Shown here: one piece after another, positions 1 through 10,830 of the stretch | Layout of the letters: the number at the start of each line of letters is the position of its first letter | How positions within the stretch are numbered: position 1 is the stretch's first letter | Assembly: GCA_013239625.1 (NCBI GenBank) | Contig: MU055600.1 | Location: forward strand, 20,969,520-21,033,519 | Direction: 5' to 3' | Source: Lama guanicoe | Lineage: Eukaryota | DNA length: 64,000 nucleotides | Program-made: the position numbers and the translations under genes | Notes under the pieces: generated by a model | Databases searched by the model: none | Told to the model about the DNA's origin: nothing | Seen by the model: the letters and a program-made list of their open reading frames with translations, nothing else

Positions 1-98
1 GAGATTCTGGCCGCTGAATCAACCTACTCTTCCCACAGAGCTCCCCTGGCTTCTAGAAAAGGCCCCAGCCAAGGAGCCTCTCAGGAGAGCAGAGTGAG

Positions 99-134
99 GG
101 TGTGTGTATGTGTGTGTGTGTATGTGTGTGTGTG
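99..134. repeat. Imperfect (TG)n microsatellite
   Basis: tgtgtgtatgtgtgtgtgtgtatgtgtgtgtgtg read directly. Confidence 0.95.
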
Positions 135-856
135 CCAGGGAGGGACAGACCCCAGCATGACACAGACAGAGAAGAATCTGTGTGAGAGCGAATGAGACTG
201 TTGGTCTCGATTTTCCTTCTCCTCCTCCTCTGCTCTCTGCCCAGTGACTGTCACAGGGCCCGCCTTACAGTACCTGCTCAGGACATGTTTACTGAGCAAA
301 TGAATAAACTAGGGCCTGACATTCTAGCACGCAGAGGTATATTAGGCCCAGCCAAGAAGCGTGTTAGGGGTTCAGGACCCCCTGCCCCATTTTCCCTCCA
401 GGGTCTAACCGGTGAGGCTTGTACACATGGGCCATGGTTCCAAGAAGGCCAAGTCTTAGCACATCCCAGGCCAGCTGAGCACCTGGCACCCTGGGGAGCA
501 GGGAGCGGGGCCCCCACACCCGAGCACAAGAAGTAAGAGGCAGGGGTCACTGGCGAGCGCCACGGCTCAGGGAGGCTCTGCCCTGCCCAGGCGGGATCCA
601 GCCCAGGACGGCGGGCTCGCCACTTACATCAGCAGCGTGTCGGAAGCCCCCTCCCCAGCTCGCTCCTGGCGCGGGGCAGGAGAGGCCCCCTACTCCCCAC
701 GAGCAGGTGGGGAAGGGAGAGGAGGGGAGAAGTTCCTTCTCCTGCAGCTTCGCCTCTGAAACCCGAGTCCGTCTCCCTCCACTGGGACCACTGCTGTTTT
801 AGGAGAAATGAGAACAACTGGACGAGTGTCTGCTGGTCACCTGGCTGAGGTGGGCT

Positions 857-1032
857 AATGACAATAACCAAGGGCTCTTTACAGTTGACAAGCCACTTCC
901 ATGTCCAGGGTCGCACAGGGGTGCCCCGTCAACCAGTGGAGCAGGTGTCTCATTCCTGTCTTACAGGTGAGGAAATGGAGATACCTGCTTAGGGTCACGT
1001 GGGAGGTGGGGAATGGGTCTGACCAGACTCCC
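857..1032 (-). mobile_element. MIR SINE fragment
   Basis: ttacaggtgaggaaatggag...agggtcac resembles the reverse complement of the MIR core (ttacagatgaggaaactgagg...aaggtcacacag). Confidence 0.65.
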
Positions 1033-1429
1033 ACCCCCTCAACCCTGCGAGCTGAGCTCCGGGCCGAGAGGAGGAAGGGGGCCGGGATGCTGAGGGCGGG
1101 GTCACGACGTGGGGTCTGGGGTTGAGGAGGCCGCAGCCAGCAGGCGCAGGCTCTGGTTCTTGCTATTTGTTCTGTGCCCAGAAAAAGACACGTGTAGGTT
1201 TCCATACAATTTCAGGGGGCTCAGGGGTGCTCTCCTGGAGAGAGGGAGGGGACCCAGAAGGGAAGAGAGGACAGCGCTGAAGCCAGTGGCAGCCCTGCCC
1301 GTCCTGCCCTCCCAGTGAAATGCCTGACTCGCTTGGGTCAAAGTGACTTCTGAGAAAATAGGATGTTTTTCCTCCCAAGCCCAACACAAAACACGTGGTA
1401 TTCAGGAATACTCCGTTCTTTAAAAAAAA

Positions 1430-1572
1430 TTTTTTTTTGTTTATTTAGGGGAGAGGTAATTACGTTTTTAAATTTTTAAAATTTATTTAATGGAGGTATG
1501 GAGGATGAAACCCAGGACCTCATGCATGCTGAGCGCCCGCTCTACCCCTGAGCTCCTCCGGCCCCCGCCCCC
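1430..1572 (-). mobile_element. tRNA-derived camelid-type SINE
   Basis: The minus strand reads G-rich head, Pol III A box AGCTCAGGGGTAGAG (1540-1554), degenerate B box GGTTTCATCC (1503-1512), then acctccattaaataaat...taattacctctcccc and an A-rich tail. This matches the camelid SINE layout as I recall it. Confidence 0.85.
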
Positions 1573-1819
1573 GGGCAATTTGTCCTTGGCCTTATACTCT
1601 GCCGTGCAGTCACGGACGGTGACGTCCCCAACAAGAGTCCCAGTGATGGCTAAGCCAAAGCGGCGAGCAGCAGTGTGCCGCGAAACAGGGACGGCTGTAA
1701 ACCCTGTAGACTTCTGCTGTGCTGTAACACTAAACCCTTCTTCAAGTCCCATAAAAGGGACACATTGGCGTCATACCGTGGCCCCACGGGGAGCCCCGGT
1801 GGCTATAAAATCTAAAGAC

Positions 1820-2010
1820 AGATAATGCAGTGTCCACCTCTGCTGCGTCGTGAGTCCAGCCTACACTGATGTCTGCCTTTAATAAGCATTCACTCCATTT
1901 TTATTCAAGAAACTTTGTTTTTACTGTGCTGCAGTTTGGAAGCGTTTTCAAAGGCAATTAGGAAGGCTGACATCTGAGAAACAAGAACTACTGAGAAAAG
2001 TAGGGACAGG
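1820..2010. promoter_or_regulatory. Putative conserved non-coding element / enhancer
   Basis: Unique AT-rich island in a GC-rich background, with TAAT/ATTA cores, TTTTAT, TTCAAAG (TCF/LEF) and TGACA (MEIS). Conservation is inferred, not measured. Confidence 0.4.
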
Positions 2011-2979
2011 CGCCCCCTGCTTTCAGACGCATCCCCACGGCGGACGGGCCTTCTGTTCCGCTGTGCTGCCTTCGAGGCTGCGTCCAGCTTGGCGGCCGGA
2101 GGGGCGGTGCTGTCATGGCCGTGATGGCGTGGCCCGGAGCCGCACCAGCCGTCACCTTGGGAAGGGAGCCCTACACCTTCCCTTCCAGGCAGGAGCCCGG
2201 CCTGCCCAGAGGCCCAGAAACCTGCCCGAGGCCCCCCAGGGATTGAATGCAGGCCTGTGTCACTTTAAAGCCACAGTTCTTTCAACTGAATGAACAGTAC
2301 GCAGTGGGGAGAAGGGGATACGGGCTTTAATTAATTGCAGCAAAAGTGGAACTTGTTGGAAAAAAGACTGATTGTGCCTTTTACCCCTTGCTAGGCAGAG
2401 AGATCCAGGGCGGGGCGGAGGCAGACGCCCAGGTTTGGGGCGGGCGCCAGACTGGAAGGCTGACTCCTGTCCCATTGGGGAGCAGAGGGTCCTTGCTCAG
2501 TCACCCATCTCTGGTCTGTCTTTTCTGTCCTCTGGGCCCAGCTTGGGTCTGGGAAGCTGTGTGGCCTGCGCAAGGGAACACCTGTCCTTTGAGAGCCCAC
2601 CCCAGCCCAGGTGCGCTGTGGCCCCTGCGTCCTCACTGCCACTCTGCGTGTCCAGAATCACGCAGGTGGGGAAGCTGCACTTGCTAAGTGAGGGGCAGTG
2701 GGGCCCAGGACTGGGGGCATGGAACCCTGCCTTTCGACTCACTAGACCCGGGGGAGGGAACTTAGCACAGCGTTCTCTCTATACACAGGGAGCATTGGGG
2801 GTGCCTTGGCGATGGGGAAGATGCACGGGGTCGGGGGGAGATGCTGGCAAAGCTGGAGAGCACGGTACACAGGACACAGTGAGGGCTTAACCCACGCCAG
2901 CGAGCGTCACTCTTAAGAGGAAGGGCTGGGGTTCAGTCCCAGGTCAGCCTGACTCTCTCCACACCATCCAGGGACCACG

Positions 2980-3130
2980 TGCTGGATCCCTGCTCTGTGG
3001 CTTGTTTACAAGCTGCGTGACCTCAGACAAGCCACCTTCCTCTGGCCTCAGTTTCCCTTACTGTAAAGTGGGGATATTGCCTCACAAGGTGGTTCAGACC
3101 CAAGTGCATTAGAAGAAAGAAAACATTGAA
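2980..3130 (+). mobile_element. MIR SINE
   Basis: agctgcgtgacctcagacaagcc...ggcctcagtttcccttactgtaaagtgggga is the MIR core. Confidence 0.8.
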
Positions 3131-3924
3131 CGACTGAAGGCAGCACGCGGAGTTGAGCATCCGCTGGTGTTTCAGTGAGCGTTGGTCGGTGTGTTAGGAT
3201 CAGTCCTTGTTCTCCTTGGGGCCTAAAGCACAGAACCCTAAGCCCCGCTCCCCTGGAGACCAGACAAATGGAGAGAGCGACACCCGGTAAGGGTGCAGGG
3301 CGGGAGCCAAGGGCCGTGGGAGGGGCTGCGTGCCCTGACGCCTGTGAGTGCCTGGGGCCCCGTCTTCCCGCCCCCGGGCTGTGACTACAGAATCTCAGCC
3401 CTTTGTTCCCGTCACCCCACTGCTAGATACGAGCGTCCCCTGGTTATTCGGGGGTCTGGTGTCCACCCCACCCCTCCTCTGCTGCTCGCGTCCCCACCGC
3501 CCCTGCCCAGCACGCCCCCTGCTGCAGGAGGGGGCCTTTCCCGCTGGCCAGGGCACGGAGCACTGGCACCCAGCACGTTCCCGGCGGAGGCGGGAGGGCT
3601 GCAGCTGTCTCTGGGCCCCGGGGCAGCGCCGCGTCTGCCCACAGTCCTGCAGAACCTTTTGACTTCTGACTCTCAAGCTTCTAGCTCTCAGAGCTCAACC
3701 CAGTCCCAGAGGCCAGATGAGAAGAGGTCCCATATCATCTCTTTCTCTGCTCTCTCCTCAGACCAGGCCCACAACCCAATATCTCCTTCACTCTCCCTCC
3801 CACAAAACAGAAGTATCTAGGCGTTATCGACAGCTACCAAATATCCTGGAGAACACGGGTGGGAGTATCACTTGCCCTAATGGTGTCTGGGCTCGGGGTT
3901 TAGCAGTTCCCACATGCCACACTG

Positions 3925-4064
3925 CATCCTTATAAAGATGCTAGGGGACAGATACTAGTAACCCATTTTGCAGATGAAGACACTGAGGCCCAGGGGAGAG
4001 AAGTTGGATCAAGGGTATTAGCTAGTAAGTGGCCACGCTGGGATTCAGATGCAGGGCTGTTTGG
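3925..4064 (-). mobile_element. MIR SINE
   Basis: cccattttgcagatgaagacactgaggcccag...gctagtaagtggc...gggattc. Confidence 0.85.
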
Positions 4065-4409
4065 TACCACCTTGCTTCCGGAAGCTGGAGGGACGACACC
4101 CTGAGAGCGCTAGGGCGGACTGTGGGCAGGTGGCAGGGTCTCTGGGTCCCTTCTCCCCGGGCACACAGGCATTAGCTGAGTTCCCCAGCCTTCCAAGCTC
4201 ATCTGACGTGCCCATTCCAACCTCACTTTAATTACGCCTGCCCTTGAGAAAGCCAAGGACTTCGCGCTTCCCAGAAACCCAGGCTCCCTCAGAGTCTTCC
4301 AGCCACTGCCACGTGCAGGAGCCCCGAGGAGAGGTGGCCTCTCTGTCCTTGCTTCTAGTGTTGAAGTGGCCTACATCTGGGTCTGCAGGAGAACTCCCTC
4401 CCGCCCTTC

Positions 4410-5000
4410 CTTTCCATTCGTTCATTCTTTCTTACTATTTTCGGGATCTTAAATGCAACGTGCCTGAGATAATGCTGCTCCCACTTTCTTCCCTGCCCTT
4501 GGTGTCTTCAAATCTTCAAATCACACGCCGCACCAGCCAGTTTAGCATAAGAAATTAAATTAATTTTCATGCTTCAACTCCAGATGTAAATGCCTTTATT
4601 AATAATTTAAAGCACATTTATTTATGCAGTTTGATATTTTTCAGGTTCAGGGAAGCAATTAAGTTTTGCCCAAGCTGCTGATCAGCAGACAGTGTCTCCT
4701 GTGCCTCCTGGCCCTCGGAAGGGGCTGCGGGAGAGAGCAGCACGCGGGCCCGGCCACGCCCCTCCGGCCGCCGGCCGCCGCCTCTGTGAGACTCGGGCTT
4801 TGGATTCGAAGAGAGCACAGTTGTTTGCGGGGGCCCGTGTCCAGAAAGGCCAATTTCTTCCTCAGAATGGCGCCGGGCTATTAAACTTGAAGACCTCGCG
4901 AGGGCCCGGCCACTGAAATTTCCTCCCTTCGCCTAGTTCCTGGGCGGCTGTCATTCGCTAAAAACCACTTTTATCTCAGGAAGCAATTTCTCCTCTGTTA
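4410..5000. promoter_or_regulatory. Putative enhancer (AT-rich core plus CpG-rich patch)
   Basis: Homeodomain-type tracts aattaaattaatt and the palindrome TTATTAATAA (4596-4605), followed by a CpG-rich patch at about 4740-4910. Confidence 0.5.
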
Positions 5001-8000
5001 AGGGCTTAGCTGCGGGGGGGTGAGAAGAGCCAGCTTGGCCACTTTGGCACCAGTGAGCGTGGACACTTTGCCCCACCGTTTGTGCTCTCAGCAGGGGCTG
5101 GGGGTGGCTGGGGTGCCGGGGAGGCTGCGCCGGGTTAGGGGAACACATGGGGCGGGGGGGGACGGGGGGAACGCCACCGTCTCGTATTTGGCCGGGGGGG
5201 CAGCGTGATGTGGAAGCGGCGCTGGGCTGGAGTCAAGAGAGCTGGGCTCCGACGCAGCTCTGCACCGGCTCCCGTGACTCTCAGCAACCTCCCGGAGCCC
5301 CAGTGTGGTCGTCTGCGCCTGGGGGCGGCCCCTCCCTCCCGCGGTGAGTGCGGGAGGGCGTCCACTTCGGTGCCACGCTCAGGAGGGCCTGCCCTGCTCT
5401 CCTCCTGCGCGCCGTCCTGCCTCCTGACTGCCCCTCAAGGCCAAGTGCAGGGCCTCAGCACAGCAGGATCACCGAGGGATGGGCTGGGGGGCCCACTGGG
5501 CTTCGGTGGCCTTCTTAGCACTTCTCACTGTCAGAGCTTCGTCCCCGGAGGGGCATCAGTGTGGCGGCAGGGAGCTCTCCCTTGTCTGCGGACTCACCTC
5601 TGTCTCTCCAGCCCCAAGCCGATGCCCCGGCTTGCCACAGGCGCCCATAAATACGTTCTGAAAATGGAAGTGGAGGGGGAGGCTGCCGGGAGCCCGGGAC
5701 AAGGGGAGGAGAGGGATGCAGCTGGGGGCTGCTCCGGGGCTGAGAGGGGCCCTAGGCTTGAGCCCGAGGCAGATGCAAGCTGTGGAGAGGGAGGGGGTCG
5801 CCAGAGGCTGGGAGAGGAGACGGCCGTGGAGGTCCCCGTGCAACCGGGGTCTAGTCCAGACAGGAGCCGCAGGGGCGCAGGGTCTGCTGCAGACACAGGC
5901 TTGGCGCCCACCTGGCTCAGACTCCGGCCCCTGCCATTCCCCTGGGTGCCTTCGGGTAATTAGCCAGCCTCCTTCAGCTCCTGATTCCCCGGAGGAGGGC
6001 TAGAAAACTGAGTGTATTGGTTCATTTGTGGTCCTTGTCCCCCTCCCTTCTAGGAAAGTCCTCTGAGGGAAGGGCTGTGTGCAGGGTGTGTGGCCGGAGC
6101 ATCTAGGATCTGGTTACCAAGGAAGCAAAGCCTGACAATGGACCTTTGGACCTTAATGGGGAAAGAAGGAGACAGGGGCCTTTTCCTACGGCAGAGCTCA
6201 AGTGGGCGAGGGCGGGTCCTGGAGAGACACCAGCGGGAGGCACGTGGAGAAGGTGCAGACGGTGGGAGAGTCAAAGACTTCCAGCCTGTCCCTTGGGTCC
6301 CTGGGGGGGCTGTGACCTCCGGGAAAGCTGGCCTAAGTCTGGGTCCCAGGCTGGCCTTCCCCTGGGGCGTGACCATGTCATCCTGCCCCCTACCACCCCT
6401 GCCCGCTCAAGGCGTCCTGGACAAAAGCACTCAGCCGCCTCCAGGTGGACGCCTGCCTGTGGGACGCCCTAGACACCAGCATCCGGGGAGCACGGCTGCA
6501 GGGCACCTTGGTTGGAGTGGGAGGGGTGGGCCTCACCATTTACACATGAAAATCGGGGTGATGAGCGAGCGTATGGGGTGCCTCCTTCCTAGGTTTGTTC
6601 AGAGTGTGGTGCTCAGTCCCTTTTAGCTGTCATCCATAAAGGTCTCAGCCCTGGAGGCCAGAGTGACCTTGGGCAAGACACACCACCTCACTGAGCTCCA
6701 TCTGGAGGACCGGGGCTGGCGGGTCTGCTCCGGGGAGCTACGATAAGGGAGAAAGGAGAGAAATTATACAGCCCGTAGTTGGCAGAAAATGTAGGAAAAA
6801 AGATTTCTCCACCCTCTTTCTCCCCAGAGCCCTGGAGGCGGTGGGGTGGGGTGCCGGCCAGCTTGTGACCCTCCCATGCGGGCCGGCTCTGCAGGGTTCA
6901 GATGCCCCCAAGCCTTCTCCCTGCCTTGTCCGCCGGGACCAGCAGCTGCCAAGGCATTGACGTGCCTCTGACATCCTTCCACTCAAGGGGGCCGAGGGAT
7001 GGTGGTGCGGGACATGCCTGGTCTTCCTGCCCACATCTGGCTCAGCCCTCGGCCGGCTCCCACAGGTGGGCCCTGGAGGTGCTCCCGGCCAGCGGGGTGG
7101 GCTCCGGGCGGCAGAGGCTGATTTGCCCAGGGGCCGAGCCAGGGAGGCGGGGGCACCCCGACGCTTGGCTGGGCAGTGAACCCCCTGCACACTCAGTCTT
7201 TCCTGAGCTCCAAGCTGCTCAAACCTAGATATAGCAGGTGACAGATGGATGGAGCAGGAGGGACATCACTGGGCCCGTGAAGCCCAGGCACCTCATGGTC
7301 CCTATGGGGGAGCTAAGGTCGTGTGGGGCAGAGGACCAGAACTCAGATTTATTTCTTCAACAAGCCTGATTCAGAATGACCTGCAGCCTGGGCACTGTGG
7401 CAGGGAGCAGAGGTGACGGGGACCCAGCCCCTGTCTCTCACCCCAGATCTCCCTTTGCACCGGCTTCACGGGCATGAGCTCAGATGAGAGCACAGCCTTG
7501 TGTTGTGAATCACTTGGTCTCATGACCGAGCCTGCCAGTCCTCTGAGGACCCCCACCGCCCCACGCCCTGCGCAGACCCGGCCGCACACCTAGGGGCTCC
7601 GGGTCCCCGTGAGAGCGTCGCCCAGGCCTGCCTCTCACTCTCCTCTCTGTCACTTGCCATCTCCCTTGAAAAGCACAGACAGTGCTTTGGGGAACAGGAT
7701 CGCCCCCTCTGACTCCACCAGCAAGCTGGCGATTGGGGCTCGTGGGCCGACTTAACCATCCAGCCCGCATTTTCCAAGACCTGAACCACCGCTGGGCTCA
7801 TTTCCTGAGTCACTGAAGCTTCCCGGTCGTGTGAGTTTTAGGGATCTGGGGAGAGGCCTGGGGCTGTTTGACATCACCTATCCATCTCTGCAGGTGGGGT
7901 CGCATTTCTCCAGGAAGACTGCGGGAATTTGCTCTGCACAGCCGGCAGCCCGGGGCTGAAGGCAGGCTGCCGCCCACAGCTGGGGAATGACAGTGGTGCC

Positions 8001-8129
8001 TGGACGGCCTTCTGCTCTCACCGCACTTCCAGAAGCTGACGTCTAGAAGGGAGCTCCTGCCTTGAGCAAAGCAGAGTGCGAGGCGCTTGGCGGAGGGAGC
8101 AAGCCTGACCTCGGTGAGTTGAACCTGGG

Positions 8130-8309
8130 ATGGGTGTGCTGGTACGTGCTTAATGACCAGCCTTCCACAGGAAAAAACACCAATTCGCCAGTTCCCGTGG
8201 TATAAACATCCCCCCGTGGCTGCCTGCAAGGTGCCAGTGTGGTGTCTGTGGAACGGTCGCAGGGAATCGTGTCTGGAGAGCAGGAAGAGGCTGGCTCCAG
8301 CACCCGCTG
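8130..8309 (-). mobile_element. MER63-like hAT-Blackjack DNA transposon relic
   Basis: Terminal inverted ends ggtgtgctgg ... ccagcacccgctg, with internal ttcccgtggtataaacatccc resembling the MER63A consensus. Confidence 0.7.
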
Positions 8310-8789
8310 TCCCCAGCTAACCCTGTGGCAACGCACTTTGTAAAACGGGCTAAAATAGAAGGATAAGTACAAGTCTGGTCCCTGGACTGGGCAGCAATAC
8401 CTTCCGACGGAGCTCCCTGGGGAGCCAGCCCGAGCTGCAGTCGGAGTCACGCTGCTCTGAAGGCTGGGTCCGTGCCCGCCCTCGGGCCTAAGCCACTCTC
8501 TGAGCCACCTGTCCCTTCTCTCCCATTTCGCCTTCCTTGGCTTCTTGGGCTGGACCCTCAGCCCTACGTGCTCGCCTTTGACCCTGAGTTTACTTCTAGC
8601 GGGTGGTTTGGATTTTCCGTGCGGACAGACGCTCATTCCTCTCATCACCAAGCGCGTCTGGAGCCCTTGTGGGGACACGTGCTGGGCGGTGCTCGTGGGG
8701 CCGTGGCCAGCGCCTGTGCTCTGCGACCACCACTGGGGACTCACGTTCGGGGGGTGTTGGGGGCGGGTGTTGAGTGGGTGCAGAGAGTG

Positions 8790-8945
8790 AAGTTGCACAG
8801 AGCAATAAATGTTGTCCTTGAACTCTGGCAACCAGCCAGAGGCCGGTCAGTCAGCACATAGACTCTTACCCTTAATTGATTTATCAGATTAGTGTTAATG
8901 GAACCCAGAGGAAGCTGGAGCCAGGCCGGAAGTGACTACAATAGA
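8790..8945. promoter_or_regulatory. Putative enhancer element
   Basis: TTAATTGATTTAT (homeodomain core overlapping PBX-HOX TGATTTAT at 8877-8884) and ETS CCGGAAGT at 8926-8933. Confidence 0.45.
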
Positions 8946-8959
8946 AGAGATTGCACCCT

Positions 8960-9090
8960 AGGATTCCTTCTGATCTTCAAACAGCCCCGAGAGGGAGGGG
9001 TTGTCCCCACTCTCCAGCCTGGGAACCAGGCCCAGAGAGGCTGATGGACTTTCCTGAGGTCGCCCAGCGACCAGTGTGAGTCCTGGCGGG
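8960..9090 (-). mobile_element. MIR SINE fragment
   Basis: aggcccagagaggctgatggactttcctgaggtcgcccagc. Confidence 0.6.
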
Positions 9091-9329
9091 CCTCCCGGGC
9101 ACCCTGTGCCCGCTGCTCAGGCTGTGCAGATCCCAGAGCGTCCGGGTTCAACCCGCTCCCGGAACAGGCTTCTAGGGACAGCGAGGCATAGGCCCCTCCC
9201 GCGGGTCAGGCTGGGCTGCGCCGTTGCTCTGGACACTGCTTCCCTCCCTCCCTCACCGGCTCCTAGCCCCTCCGCCTTGGCCGGGCAGAGGGGAGCTGCT
9301 GTCATCTGAGCACACAGTCCAGGGCTGCA

Positions 9330-10430
9330 CAGGAAAACGACACTGATTTATGTTCCAAACAGGCGAAGGGCGAGGCCAGGGGAGACGCAGGGTGGCGGGG
9401 CTGGCTGGGTGGTAAGCACGGGATCAAACAGAAGAAAAGTCTCCTGCGAGCCCCCCGACAAGCCACCCCGGAGTCCTGGGGAGGCGCGGGCTGAGAATCT
9501 CCCGCGGACGCCGAAATGGAGTCGCAGGTGAGGAGAAGTCAGCTCGGGGCTCGGGTGTGCCTTAGAGGGCTGAGTTCAATTAAAACCCTATTGATTTTCC
9601 CTGTTGATTAACACGCCCGGCACGTGAGGACGTCCCTCCGCCTCATCCCGCGTCACCGCTGAGTCTGGGCAATTTTATAATTGGCCCGAGGGGTTCTGAT
9701 TTGAAACCAGAAAAGCCAGTTAGCAGGAGTCTCCTTTGACCTTCGGCTTGGGGTGGTAGGGGACGAGGTAATGACTTGAGACAGAGGGAAGGAAAAAAAA
9801 CAAAACTAACCTAAAAATAAAAACAAAATATCAAGAGCAGAGACTTACATCTTCTTGGCTCCCTGATTAATAACCCCGTCACGCCGGTCACAANNNNNNN
9901 NNNNNNNNNNNNNNNNNNNNNNNNNNNNNNNNNNNNNNNNNNNNNNNNNNNNNNNNNNNNNNNNNNNNNNNNNNNNNNNNNNNNNNNNNNNNNNNNNNNN
10001 NNNNNNNNNNNNNNNNNNNNNNNNNNNNNNNNNNNNNNNNNNNNNNNNNNNNNNNNNGCGGTGACCTCTGACCCCCGGCAGACAGCGGCACCAGGGTGCT
10101 TGTAATTGGTGGGTGTGCTGGGAATGTACTGGAAGCTGACGGATGGCTTAAACTTTGATTCGAGGTCAGCGAGGTCACAGAGCTCTGGAAGACCGGCCCG
10201 GTTTTATTACCAGCTGCCTCTGATGGGGATATAATTAGATTTAGCTATTGCTTTATTAACAAGTGCTCGCTTCCCCATGGCGGTGGGTGGGCAAATGTAT
10301 TCCTTGGATAATTTGAGGACACGAGTCTGGCTTTATTAGTAAGAATATATCATCTATATTTGACCAGGCGCCGGCACTCATCTGGCTTGCTGGACTTTGG
10401 GGGAACTTTGTCACTTTTACTCATTTGCAG
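9330..10430. promoter_or_regulatory. Large putative conserved enhancer spanning an N-run
   Basis: Non-repetitive. Contains TGATTTATG (9344-9352), many TAAT cores, DR1 (10062-10074), DR3 (10163-10177), TCF CTTTGAT and a paired-type TAATTAGATTT (10232-10242). Confidence 0.6.
9894..10057. other. N-run (164 bp gap or mask)
   Basis: Run of n. Confidence 0.99.
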
Positions 10431-10549
10431 TATCGAGTAAATCGGCTGTGCCCTGTGAAATCTAGCTTCGCCTTGAACTCTGTCATGTAGGGAACCTCCC
10501 TCTCGGCCTGTTTCTCAATGACCGAAGAATAAAAAATATATAAATAATT

Positions 10550-10632
10550 TTATCCACCTGTCCATCCGTATGTTCATCCACCCGTTCCTCCATCCATCCA
10601 TCCATCCATCCATCACCTCTTCATCTACCCAA
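10550..10632. repeat. Degenerate (CATC)n tetranucleotide repeat
   Basis: catccatccatccatccatccatc with degenerate flanks. Confidence 0.9.
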
Positions 10633-10830
10633 TCATGTGAGTTCTTGCTAAATGTTAGGTGCAGCCCTAGGAGAAGGGGAGGGGGTCCACAAAGAGTTAA
10701 AGACTTAATCCCTTTCGTAAGAGGTTTACAAGCAGACAAATAACTAACTTTCAAAGAAGGACGAGTTAAAAGCCATGAGGAAATACTAACAAAATGCTAG
10801 ACGGTGCTTGGAAAGTGTGGAGCGTTGGAC
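10633..10830 (-). mobile_element. L2 LINE 3' fragment
   Basis: Follows a (CATC)n tail. agacttaatccctttcgtaagaggtttaca...agacaaataac resembles the reverse of the L2 3' end. Confidence 0.5.

Noticed and set aside
1500-1560. tRNA-like A and B boxes
   Set aside because: They are part of a SINE head. There is no cloverleaf and the B box is degenerate, so this is not a tRNA gene.
1640-1720. Possible CR1/L3 relic
   Set aside because: Resemblance is too short and degenerate to call by eye.
2009-2024. CTCF-like GCGCCCCCTGC (similar partial matches near 3512, 31430, 55136 and 57463)
   Set aside because: Each lacks part of the core consensus, and partial matches are expected in GC-rich DNA. A PWM scan and ChIP data are needed.
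5205-5963. 252-aa ORF (and similar 200-260 aa ORFs at 8043-8831, 24634-25353 and 28459-29133)
   Set aside because: No domain similarity or codon pattern that I can recognise. Overlapping ORFs occur in several frames and some run through MER63 or L2 relics.
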